The notes beneath the pieces are model-generated. The model had not been told where the DNA came from, made no database searches, and was given only the letters and a program-made list of their open reading frames with translations. Shown in pieces: positions 17,400-25,398 of a DNA stretch of 25,398 bases. Source of the DNA: a virus (taxonomy: Duplodnaviria > Caudoviricetes); the IMG/VR virus record IMGVR_UViG_3300033076_000042, positions 1 to 25,398 of that record; one strand, given 5' to 3'. How positions within the stretch are numbered: the first letter of the stretch is position 1; each line of letters opens with the position of its first letter. The position numbers and the translations under genes are program-made.

Positions 17400-17428
17400 A
17401 GATTATGCGCTAAGAAGGCGCTTGTCAA
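17400..17428 (-). promoter_or_regulatory. Putative sigma70 promoter for scaffold-HNH-coat
   Basis: Minus strand TTGACA (perfect -35, overlapping the tailspike stop)-17 bp-TAATCT. Confidence 0.7.
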
Positions 17429-18849
17429 GAATAGCTGGAAAAATCACCATCGATTTCAACAACAATTTTTGCTGAATTACTTCCTGCGCCTCCAGTGTTG
17501 AATTTGCAAAGTAGGTCATTGCCAGATGGTGTAAACGTCCATGTAGCTGTTGCGCCGCCTCCACCGATTGTCAAAGGAGTGCTGACGCTGGTTGTAATTG
17601 TTCCAAGCGTGTTGGTCGCAACACATTCAACAGATGAACTTACACCACCAGCGGCAGCTTGAAAACCGGATGCGCTGGCTCTTACCCGCACATTTCCATA
17701 TGCAGAGGGAATTGCAATCGAAACGTATTCCGTTGCGGTAGCGCCAGTGAAGGAAATTTCACGCTCAAGACGTAATCCACGATTGAATTGCCAAGCATCA
17801 ACAACAGAACCGCCCAATCTGCGCGTAATCAATGGGTAACCATCTTGAGCGCCACCAGCAACATCGTTGGCGACAGCCGTATAGGTCACAAAATCACCAA
17901 CGCCACTTCCCGGAACTTGTCCGAACGTCATGCCGGGAAATGTTTGACCGTTTACCAATCCGTACAAAACATTTTGAGTTGTGCCGCTGTAATCAGTGTG
18001 TGGTTGAGTTTTCCCTTGAATGCGAGTTGTGCCCGTAAAACCCGCCCAATTTGTTCCATATTCCCAAACCTGAGAATTGGAATCAATGTAAATGCCGATG
18101 TTTGCGCCGACATCTCCAGACTCAATGTCGCAACCAAGCATTAGGTTGCGACCGAAGTTGGTGAAAGTGAAAGCGTTTGTCGTACTTGGCCATTTTTCAG
18201 CCGTTGCATTGATAAACGTCACTGTCGCGTTATCAACAACATATGCCATGCCACGGTTTGTGTTGACGACGCAAGTGGTTATTGCATTGTTAGACGCATA
18301 GCCAATAAAAGCGAAAAATCCATCTGCGGTTTCGCAGTTTTCAAAATACAAATGCTGTGATGTCCAAACGCCACCTGCGCCTTGATCAACGTAAATTGAA
18401 TACGCATCGACTTGAAAACCATACACACTTACATTTTTAAAAGTGCTTTGCCACACGCCATTAAGGTACAGGGCTTTTACATTGACTGTCGAAGTTCCCG
18501 ACATATCAATCGCAATGTTTTCGATATTGCTTCGTTTAACATCAGCAAGCAAAATTGCAGTTGTTGTGCCTGAGTATTTCAGGATTACGCCAGCAGTTGG
18601 ACTGACTGCTCGATAGGATGCGTTTTCACCGACAAGATTTACGGAAGTGGCAGATACAATTCCTGTTGTTCCTATGCTGTAAATGCCGGTTGGAAAATAG
18701 ACGGTTCCACCGTTTGCAGCAGCAACGTGGTCAATAGCTGCCTGAATAGCCGCAGAATCATCAGTAATACCGTCAGCAACCGCACCAAAATCAAGGACAT
18801 TGGCAAAAGCGCCGTTGATCATTGAATATGAAACTTGAGTCAGGCCCAT
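17425..18849 (-). CDS. Tailspike / depolymerase 2 (pectate lyase 3-like beta-helix)
   Basis: NVLDFGAVADGITDDSAAIQAAID...GGTVYFPTGIY followed by beta-helix-like sequence; only a ~15-aa N-terminal leader. Confidence 0.8.
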   Translation of the reverse strand: MGLTQVSYSMINGAFANVLDFGAVADGITDDSAAIQAAIDHVAAANGGTVYFPTGIYSIGTTGIVSATSVNLVGENASYRAVSPTAGVILKYSGTTTAILLADVKRSNIENIAIDMSGTSTVNVKALYLNGVWQSTFKNVSVYGFQVDAYSIYVDQGAGGVWTSQHLYFENCETADGFFAFIGYASNNAITTCVVNTNRGMAYVVDNATVTFINATAEKWPSTTNAFTFTNFGRNLMLGCDIESGDVGANIGIYIDSNSQVWEYGTNWAGFTGTTRIQGKTQPHTDYSGTTQNVLYGLVNGQTFPGMTFGQVPGSGVGDFVTYTAVANDVAGGAQDGYPLITRRLGGSVVDAWQFNRGLRLEREISFTGATATEYVSIAIPSAYGNVRVRASASGFQAAAGGVSSSVECVATNTLGTITTSVSTPLTIGGGGATATWTFTPSGNDLLCKFNTGGAGSNSAKIVVEIDGDFSSYS

Positions 18850-18860
18850 GTCAAATTCCT

Positions 18861-19772
18861 TTAGACAAAATATGTCAATTCAAAATAAATTTTTGGTGAT
18901 GCTGTTATGGCGTTTCCAACATACACAAGCGCAGTAGTTGGATTTCCAAAACATGATGTTGATTGCGAACCAGTGTCTGATGCAATTCCCAGCGGCAGTT
19001 GTCCTGCAACAGTAAAAGGTAAGCCGCCACAAATCACGCCATTCAACGTAACAGCAACAGAAGTAGAGCCAGCCACATACCCAATGACGGTGACTTGTCT
19101 GCCAACTCGTGTGTAAGTTCCAGAAGAACTGAACGATCCAACCACAGTCAATCCAGCACCTTGTGTCGGTGTAAAAGTCCCTTCCTCGTACCAGTTCAGC
19201 AACTGGCTTGTCTTGCCTGCTGCGCCGGTGTTGGCGGTAAAGTTGATGCCTTTGGCGGCTGTGGCTGGAACAAGGTTTTGAGAAGTGTCAAATGTCCAAG
19301 TATTTGCGCCATTAACACCAATCAACACTGGCGCATTGACTGAGTTCCATAGGAACATATTGTCGCTTGCGCCGGATATGTAACCAACATATCCTTTCGT
19401 ACCGCTTGGGTCGGCAAAAGTAACATAGTTAGATCCAGACCCACGGGCCGCAGTTGATTCAACTGTAACAACACCGCCAGAACTTTTGACGCCAAGTGTT
19501 CCGTTAATCTGCTGATTGCCAGTAAAAGTTTGACCAGCATCTGTTCTAGCGGCGGTAAAGTTTGCGTCTGGTGTTGTCATTACACGGGTGTTTCCCGCGC
19601 TAGGGCCAGCTACTTGCAACACGCCACTGGTGGCATTCGACTGAATCTGTTTTGGCCGCAAATCATTGTTTGCGACTTTTACCGTTGCCCCGCTTTGAAC
19701 AATCGGCAATACTTCAGTCCCCGCCAGCGGTGTAGTCGCTGCGGTCAGGGCTGAGATTTTGGTATCTGCCAT
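18861..19772 (-). CDS. Fibre-like virion protein
   Basis: MADTKISALTAATTPLAGTEVLPIVQSG N-terminus; KGINF...LLNWYEEGTFTP...GTYTRVGRQVTV...GLPF C-terminal receptor-binding-type domain. Confidence 0.72.
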   Translation of the reverse strand: MADTKISALTAATTPLAGTEVLPIVQSGATVKVANNDLRPKQIQSNATSGVLQVAGPSAGNTRVMTTPDANFTAARTDAGQTFTGNQQINGTLGVKSSGGVVTVESTAARGSGSNYVTFADPSGTKGYVGYISGASDNMFLWNSVNAPVLIGVNGANTWTFDTSQNLVPATAAKGINFTANTGAAGKTSQLLNWYEEGTFTPTQGAGLTVVGSFSSSGTYTRVGRQVTVIGYVAGSTSVAVTLNGVICGGLPFTVAGQLPLGIASDTGSQSTSCFGNPTTALVYVGNAITASPKIYFELTYFV

Positions 19773-19775
19773 GTT

Positions 19776-22100
19776 TTATTTCCAAGTGACAAGCGCGTAA
19801 TCGTCGCCTGTGGCATTTGCGGTGCCCGACACGACCACACTTTGTGCTGCAATGTAGACGCCAACACCAACCGAGGTGCCCACCACGTTTGCAAACACTT
19901 TACCTGCGTTAACGCCGCTACGGCAAACAACAAGCACCGCTTTTGGTGTAGCAGTTAAAGTAAATGTTCTGGTGGTGCCATCGCCTGCGTAAAGTTGCGT
20001 ATGTACGTCTTGGTTCAAGTCGTAGAACGAGTTGAAATTGTGCTCCAGCAACGATGCGGCGGGGAAAATCGTGTTACGAATCGTCCAATTTGTTAAAACC
20101 GAATCAATGATGGCCGCACGGTTTACAACGGCCAAATTTCTGGCGTATGGGTTTGTCTGAACAGTGTTATTTACAAAACTCAACCCAGAACCACCAGTAG
20201 AGGTATACACCACTGCATAGTTCGGCAGCAACGCCGGGTCGCTGTTGGCCAACAATACATTGTTGAAATTGTTGTTGGCAATCGTAATATCGCTCCAGGT
20301 GCCATTTAGCCCGATTACGTTTTTGTAAATATTTCCAACAGCATTCCCGGTAAACACAATGCCTTCATAAGTGCCGCCGCTTGTCATGGTGACAGCCGCG
20401 TTGTCATCGGCCATGTAAACAGGTATGGCCGTGCCAGAACCCGTTCCTGCACCAGTGGCCGTAAACACTTCATATTGAGTGTTGTTGGCGGCGCCAATCA
20501 AAGTGAAATCGGTAGAGCCAACACTTTCAATGTAGTATTTTTGTCCTGTAACAATAGCAGTGGCTGCGGTAGATGTATCGTTGTTCAAACCAGCAATCGT
20601 GTTGCCGCTAATGGTGACGTTGCGGGCGTAATCATTAAGATCAAATGCGGCGGCGGCCAGATTGATTACGGTGTTGCCCGTAAATGTCAGATTGTTACCA
20701 GAACCGCGAAACACCCCACATTCGGAATCAATGTAATTACCCGTAACCGTCAAGCCAAACAGGTTGGCACGTTCATACCCGACGTTGTAAATGAACGCGC
20801 GTTTGCACGAATGCACGCGGTTGTTGCGAATATAGATTGCGCGGAAAGCATTGACCAACTGGTTGTCTGGAATGATGGGTGCAACCCGCGACCAAGGATT
20901 CGGCCAATCCAAATAAATCGGATAGTCAAACGTAATGAAATCGCAGTTGTCAACAGTCAAGCCGCGACCGTAAATTACAATGCCGTAGCCACTGTTTTCA
21001 AATTTACAGTTGACAAAATTGACATCTCTGTCATCCGCACCACTGGACGGGCCAATACGAATCAAGACATTGGGCGAAGTGTTGTATGTTCCGTTTCGAC
21101 CAGAACCATAAAACCACAATCCCTCAAATTGAAACCCGCCAGTGTAAGGATCGCCGCTTACGGAAATAAAATCCGTTGCGTCGAGGGCATGGTCGAACAC
21201 CAACTTAGACCCGGCAGAAAAACTAGATGGGCCAACGCCTGTCCATACAGTTGCTCCGGTTTGAGATACCGTAAGCGTGTTGGTTATGCGGTATTCACCT
21301 GCGGGGAAAAACAACGCACCACCGTTGTCGATTGCCGCCTGAATCGCAGCTGTGTCATCCGTGACCCCATCTCCCACGGCTCCGAAATCTTTGACGCTGA
21401 CAACATCGCGCATTTTGTCCTGCGCGGAACGGGCAACAGCATCATCACCATCGGGCAAAAAACCAATCCAGTCCGAACCATCATCACCGGCTAAATCTTG
21501 CACAACGCCGGTCTGACCGTTGAAACCTGTAAACGAAACCACGTCTGCACTGGTGGCGTTACCAGTCGTCTGAACGGCGGTGGTGAACTTGACCTCAGCG
21601 CCCACATGCAAGCCAGCAGTAAACGTCACCGTGGTGCTGTTTGTTTCCAGATAGCTGGTGCCTTCGTACTGGTTCACGCCGTCCACATAGACGGTCAGAC
21701 TGCCCGTACCGGGTGCATAGGTCATCGTGGTCAGAGTAAACACTGTCTGGCCAGCCGTGGCCGTCTGCACTTCAGTCTCAGTGGTGAAGTTGACGAAGTT
21801 GGAATTGATGCCTGTGATCTGATCCCAAGTGGCGATCAGCACATCGGCGCTGGTTTTGAGCACAAACTTGTAGATCACGCTGTCAGCCAGCCAAATCTCA
21901 CCGCTGTCGGGCACACGGCCACCAGCGTTCAAGATGATTGGGTTGGTGTGGAACGTAGCGCCAGCAGACGAGGTGTAGGTGGCCGCAGGCGTGGTTGTAC
22001 CAGCCAAGTAGGTGTACAGCTTGCCGCCGTTCAATGGGTTACCGTTGTTGTCGCAGAACTGTGCGCCAGCACCACCAACAGGAGAAAGAAAGACGGCCAT
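19776..22100 (-). CDS. Tailspike 1 with virion-binding N-terminus and beta-helix
   Basis: G.PL.GGKLYTY.AGTTTP...NPIIL...GR head-binding-like domain, TATAGQTVF domain, AVARSAQDKMRDVVSVKDFGAVGDGVTDDT neck, Asn-ladder beta-helix (TVTGN, TFTGN, TISGN). Confidence 0.83.
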   Translation of the reverse strand: MAVFLSPVGGAGAQFCDNNGNPLNGGKLYTYLAGTTTPAATYTSSAGATFHTNPIILNAGGRVPDSGEIWLADSVIYKFVLKTSADVLIATWDQITGINSNFVNFTTETEVQTATAGQTVFTLTTMTYAPGTGSLTVYVDGVNQYEGTSYLETNSTTVTFTAGLHVGAEVKFTTAVQTTGNATSADVVSFTGFNGQTGVVQDLAGDDGSDWIGFLPDGDDAVARSAQDKMRDVVSVKDFGAVGDGVTDDTAAIQAAIDNGGALFFPAGEYRITNTLTVSQTGATVWTGVGPSSFSAGSKLVFDHALDATDFISVSGDPYTGGFQFEGLWFYGSGRNGTYNTSPNVLIRIGPSSGADDRDVNFVNCKFENSGYGIVIYGRGLTVDNCDFITFDYPIYLDWPNPWSRVAPIIPDNQLVNAFRAIYIRNNRVHSCKRAFIYNVGYERANLFGLTVTGNYIDSECGVFRGSGNNLTFTGNTVINLAAAAFDLNDYARNVTISGNTIAGLNNDTSTAATAIVTGQKYYIESVGSTDFTLIGAANNTQYEVFTATGAGTGSGTAIPVYMADDNAAVTMTSGGTYEGIVFTGNAVGNIYKNVIGLNGTWSDITIANNNFNNVLLANSDPALLPNYAVVYTSTGGSGLSFVNNTVQTNPYARNLAVVNRAAIIDSVLTNWTIRNTIFPAASLLEHNFNSFYDLNQDVHTQLYAGDGTTRTFTLTATPKAVLVVCRSGVNAGKVFANVVGTSVGVGVYIAAQSVVVSGTANATGDDYALVTWK

Positions 22101-22109
22101 GTTTTATCC

Positions 22110-22607
22110 TTACGCGCTCAGGGCTGCAACTTTGTCTTGGAAGGCTTTTACTCGTGCTTTCAACGAGGCTTCTTGTTCAGACAAAACGGCAGCGCGGGCA
22201 TCCAGCCCAGCTTGTTTAGCATCAAGTTCAGAAGCCAGTTTGCCAGCAGCGGCTTCACGCTTTTCAACCTCAGCCATGCGCGAGGAGATGTCAGCGGATG
22301 CGGCAGCAGCTTGCTCGGCCACCAGTTTGCTTTGTGCTTTGGCATCGGCCAGAGCAGCCTTGGCAGCAGCGTTGTCGGCTTTGGCTTCAGCAACCAGATC
22401 ATCAGCTTGCGTCTTGGCTTTTGCCAGCTCGGCAGCAGCCTGAGCACGGTCAGCGATAGCAGCCTCGGCAGCAGACAGTGCGCCTTGGCGCACAGCCAAC
22501 TCGTCACGGGTCTTGATCAGTGAAGCCAGATCGGCGGGAAGCTGTTTGGCAATGTAATCGAGCATCTTTGCAGAGTCGATGCCGCCATCAGTGTTGAAGA
22601 CGTGCAT
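22110..22607 (-). CDS. Ala-rich coiled-coil hypothetical protein
   Basis: 165 aa, continuous heptad-like helix; GAGG RBS. Confidence 0.7.
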   Translation of the reverse strand: MHVFNTDGGIDSAKMLDYIAKQLPADLASLIKTRDELAVRQGALSAAEAAIADRAQAAAELAKAKTQADDLVAEAKADNAAAKAALADAKAQSKLVAEQAAAASADISSRMAEVEKREAAAGKLASELDAKQAGLDARAAVLSEQEASLKARVKAFQDKVAALSA

Positions 22608-22615
22608 GGTTCACC

Positions 22616-22921
22616 TCAAGAGTAGTAAGTGATGTTGAGCTTGGCACCGCTGGTCTGCTCGATGAACTTGATTTTGGTCAGGTCACCATCGTACTGCAAA
22701 GTCACGCCAGCAGCCAGAGGCATACCAACGCTGGCAGTCGGAGCTACACCGTCATCGCGCCAGCGAACAGCTTGGCCCTCGGGGGTGATGATGGCGATGC
22801 GCGGCGAACCGGCCAAGCCATTGGTGTCTTTTTGGGGAATAGTCAGCGCAGTGGCAGAACTCAGACTGGTGATCTGCTGGTACCCCAGTGTGCTCGTAAT
22901 TGCCTTGAGAGTGAGTGCCAT
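22616..22921 (-). CDS. Small beta-rich hypothetical virion protein
   Basis: LGYQQITSLS...AVRWRDDG.APTASVGMPL; AAGGAG RBS, TGATG coupling to the upstream gene. Confidence 0.72.
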   Translation of the reverse strand: MALTLKAITSTLGYQQITSLSSATALTIPQKDTNGLAGSPRIAIITPEGQAVRWRDDGVAPTASVGMPLAAGVTLQYDGDLTKIKFIEQTSGAKLNITYYS

Positions 22922-23805
22922 CAAAATCTCCTTCGTTCCGTGAACGACCTTAAATCAACGTACAACTGTTCGATGACTGGGGTTGGGCCGCCACCCATGA
23001 TGATAGCAGCGTCTTCTCCCGATACAGTGTACTGCCCTGTTCTTGCGTCAACAACCCGATCCTTCTGGATTGACGCACTTACGCCGGTGACAGTATAAAG
23101 CCCAGAGGCCCCATATAGCAACCTGCCGTACGTTACACCAGCAGCTTGCCCTGTTACACCATAGGTGCCAAAGCCTGCCGCAAGTTCACGACTTCTCGTA
23201 ATTGTCGCAGATTGTCCGGTCGTTGCATATGACCCAGATGCTGCAACCAGTGAATATCCGCGATCAATTTCAGCCGATTGACCGGTGAGCGAGTAAATCC
23301 CGGTGTCGGCTATGAAACCATAACCCTTGTCAATCTCGGCAGCTTGACCAGTGAGCGAATAGCTACCGGCATCGGCCACAAGACCGTAACTTCTGTCGAT
23401 CTCAGCAGCTTGACCGGTGAGCGAGTAGCTCCCGGTGTCGGCCACAAGACCGTAGCCCCTGTCGATCTCAGCAGCTTGACCTGCGGTCAAGTAGCTGCCC
23501 GACTCAGCAGTCAGCTCGGTGGTCTTGAGGATGATGGCCGACTCACCAGCGACCGAATAAGTGCCTGCTGCGGCAAAAAGTGCCGTATTTTTGGCAATTT
23601 GTGCCGCTACACCGACAGTTTCGTAGCTTCCTGCGTTTGCAAAAAGCGTTTTGCCGAGATAGACACCAGCCGATTGACCCGTGACCGAATAGGTACCTGA
23701 GTCGGCAACTACAATGTATTCAACTGGCTCGATCGCCAGCTTGCCGCCGTCTTCCTGAAGAAGATAGCTACCGTCTTCAAGAAGTAGGCAAGCTACAACA
23801 CCCAT
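22921..23805 (-). CDS. 22-aa tandem-repeat protein with N-terminal LLLEDGSYLLQEDG motif
   Basis: About 11-12 repeats of consensus TGQxAxIxxxxxLxAxxGxYxx. Confidence 0.75.
   Translation of the reverse strand: MGVVACLLLEDGSYLLQEDGGKLAIEPVEYIVVADSGTYSVTGQSAGVYLGKTLFANAGSYETVGVAAQIAKNTALFAAAGTYSVAGESAIILKTTELTAESGSYLTAGQAAEIDRGYGLVADTGSYSLTGQAAEIDRSYGLVADAGSYSLTGQAAEIDKGYGFIADTGIYSLTGQSAEIDRGYSLVAASGSYATTGQSATITRSRELAAGFGTYGVTGQAAGVTYGRLLYGASGLYTVTGVSASIQKDRVVDARTGQYTVSGEDAAIIMGGGPTPVIEQLYVDLRSFTERRRF
23263..23480. repeat. 66-bp tandem repeat, about 3.3 conserved copies
   Basis: Units start at 23263, 23329, 23395 and 23461 (gtcgatctcagcagcttgacc... with variants). Confidence 0.85.
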
Positions 23806-23807
23806 TT

Positions 23808-24206
23808 TTAGGTCGCTTGGAAGACCCCGTTGGTGCCATCCAGCGTGACGGTGACAGTCTCACCAGCAGCCACGGTTTGCGAGCTGCCATAGTCCCAGTA
23901 GCCCACGTTGGTGCTCGTAGTGGCATCGGTCAGCACTGCGTAGCGGAAAGAGAAACCGCCACCCGAGGCAGTCCATGCGGTCGGGCTTGCCAGCACCAAC
24001 TTGAACGTACCACCAGACTGGCTGGCGCTGGTCACCGCAGCAGCGTTGCCGCCGGTGGTGTAGCCGCCGCCGTTGGCAGTCTCAGTGATCGTGCCAGCAG
24101 CCTGATCGACAGCGGTTGCTAGCTTGATGACCCACGAATCGGTGCCTGCGTTGATGCCTTCAAGCAGGTTTTCGATGGCCGGGGTGAACTTGTTGTACGT
24201 TGCCAT
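23808..24206 (-). CDS. Conserved beta-rich virion-associated protein
   Basis: MATYNKF...GGYTTGG...WTASGG..SFRYAVL...GYWDYGSS.T.AAGET; AAGGA RBS. Confidence 0.72.
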   Translation of the reverse strand: MATYNKFTPAIENLLEGINAGTDSWVIKLATAVDQAAGTITETANGGGYTTGGNAAAVTSASQSGGTFKLVLASPTAWTASGGGFSFRYAVLTDATTSTNVGYWDYGSSQTVAAGETVTVTLDGTNGVFQAT

Positions 24207-24215
24207 GATGTGTCC

Positions 24216-24581
24216 TTACGCAAGGAACTGAAGTTTGTACAGGGTGGACAGGTAAAGCCCGACGATTTCATCAATGATGTTCTGAATCGGGGTGTCGGTC
24301 TTCTCACAGGCTTTGTACCGGGTGTCCTCGATCTCGGCCAGCGAGTCCTTGAGGAAATCCACGATATTGGTGGTCTTACGGGCCGATTTCAAGGTGATCG
24401 GGCCGATCAGACCGTGACGGCCTTGGTAGGCTTCGGCAAACTTGTCTGCCAAGTCCACAATATCGTCGTAAAACGAGTTCAGGGCCATGTGTTTGGAGAA
24501 ACTGCGGGTGTTCAGGTGGACGGAATGAGCTACATCCCGTGCCAGAAACAACTCGCCTACGAAGTCTGCGGCTGCGCTCAT
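24216..24581 (-). CDS. Ferritin/Dps-like four-helix bundle protein (DUF5856-like)
   Basis: AHSVHLNT.SFSKHMAL..FYD.IVDLADKFAEAYQG and IQNIIDEI...TLYKL match Dps-like His/Asp/Glu spacing. Confidence 0.75.
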   Translation of the reverse strand: MSAAADFVGELFLARDVAHSVHLNTRSFSKHMALNSFYDDIVDLADKFAEAYQGRHGLIGPITLKSARKTTNIVDFLKDSLAEIEDTRYKACEKTDTPIQNIIDEIVGLYLSTLYKLQFLA

Positions 24582-25398
24582 TGCATTTGTCCTTCCATTG
24601 GGGGCATTGGGGGCTGTTCAGGGGGCATTGCCGGTTCTTCCATGCGCTGCATGGGCATACCTGCGGTGATGTCGCCAGTCTCCATCGCAGCGGCAACCAC
24701 GCCCATAGCGATGTCCTGAATCTGTTGCTCGGTCATACCGGCCTGAACCGCAGCGATACGCTTGGTTTCGGCGTCGTATGCCTTGATCTGGTTGGCCTGC
24801 TCCTTGATCTCCAAGTCGCGGGCTTCCATGCTCTGCTGGACGCGCTGGAGCATCTGGTACATTTGCTCCATCTCCTGACCCATGGCCTGAATCTGCATGT
24901 TGGCAGCTTGCAGTGCGGGGTCTTCGTCCTCTTCGGCGTTGAGCAGCTTGGGGTCGATGGTGCGGGCCAGACGGGCAGCGAGGTCGTCTGCACCGGGCCA
25001 GTCCATGTTCTTGACGAACAGATCGCCAGCCACTTGCCACAACTGCGGGTTGCCTTGCAACAACTGCGCCATGCTCTCCAGAGCCTCTTGACGCTTGGTG
25101 GCGTAGCCGGGGCCGGTGATGACACGCACGTCGTACTTGCCAACTGACGGGTTGTAGATTTTCTCGATCGTGTTGCCCTCTTGGTCCACGATCTTCTTGA
25201 CAGCTTCGGGCTGCATGGGGTTCATCTTGACGGTTTCAGACTCACCGTCTTCACCGATGATGCGGGCGATACGCTCAGTGTCGTAAATCTTGGGGATCAA
25301 ATCCACCAGTTGACGACCAATATGGCGAATAGCGCGGGCCAGATTATCCACATAGTGATAGGTTCCTACGTCGCCCTCACGCTGACGCGCAAGGATGG
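24578..25398 (-). CDS. Portal protein (P22 gp1-like), C-terminal part
   Basis: HYVDNLARAI..IGR.LVDLIPKIYDTERI.RI, GKYDV.V.TGPGYATKRQEA, Gln-rich barrel; frame open to the window edge. Confidence 0.9.
   Translation of the reverse strand, partial: ILARQREGDVGTYHYVDNLARAIRHIGRQLVDLIPKIYDTERIARIIGEDGESETVKMNPMQPEAVKKIVDQEGNTIEKIYNPSVGKYDVRVITGPGYATKRQEALESMAQLLQGNPQLWQVAGDLFVKNMDWPGADDLAARLARTIDPKLLNAEEDEDPALQAANMQIQAMGQEMEQMYQMLQRVQQSMEARDLEIKEQANQIKAYDAETKRIAAVQAGMTEQQIQDIAMGVVAAAMETGDITAGMPMQRMEEPAMPPEQPPMPPMEGQMQ

Noticed and set aside
17425-22100. Diversity-generating retroelement or invertible tail cassette
   Set aside because: No reverse transcriptase, recombinase, TR/VR pair or flanking inverted repeats seen, and all genes share one orientation.
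20475-22523. Two ~340-aa plus-strand ORFs opposite tailspike 1
   Set aside because: Antisense to well-supported genes, with no RBS or recognisable motifs.
23263-23480. Possible CRISPR array, given a Cas4-like gene in the window
   Set aside because: Repeats are contiguous, in-frame 66-bp coding units with mostly codon-level variation and no unique spacers.

Overview
This window is a segment of a tailed dsDNA phage (or prophage) genome with a P22-like podovirus virion module. The left ~4.8 kb holds DNA-metabolism and regulatory genes around a compact divergent promoter. Leftward are a DUF2800/Cas4-like nuclease and a conserved hypothetical. Rightward are VRR-NUC, DUF3310, an SNF2-type helicase and small ORFs including a winged-HTH and a zinc-ribbon protein. 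From 4.8 kb to the right edge everything is on the minus strand. In transcription order: portal (partial), a ~7 kb cassette (ferritin-like protein, a 22-aa-repeat protein, a coiled-coil protein, two beta-helix tailspikes and a fibre-like protein), scaffold, a free-standing HNH endonuclease, coat, gp4/gp10/gp26-position tail proteins, a GNAT-like protein, three ejection proteins, and lysis genes with an M15 endolysin. I saw no tRNA, CRISPR array, integrase or reverse transcriptase. I cannot demonstrate a new system from sequence alone. The best leads are the multi-receptor-binding cassette between portal and scaffold, the HNH gene whose RBS appears sequestered in a hairpin, the structured scaffold promoter/leader, and the overlapping divergent promoters with a probably leaderless VRR-NUC mRNA. 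Family assignments are from recalled motifs and synteny, not database searches.
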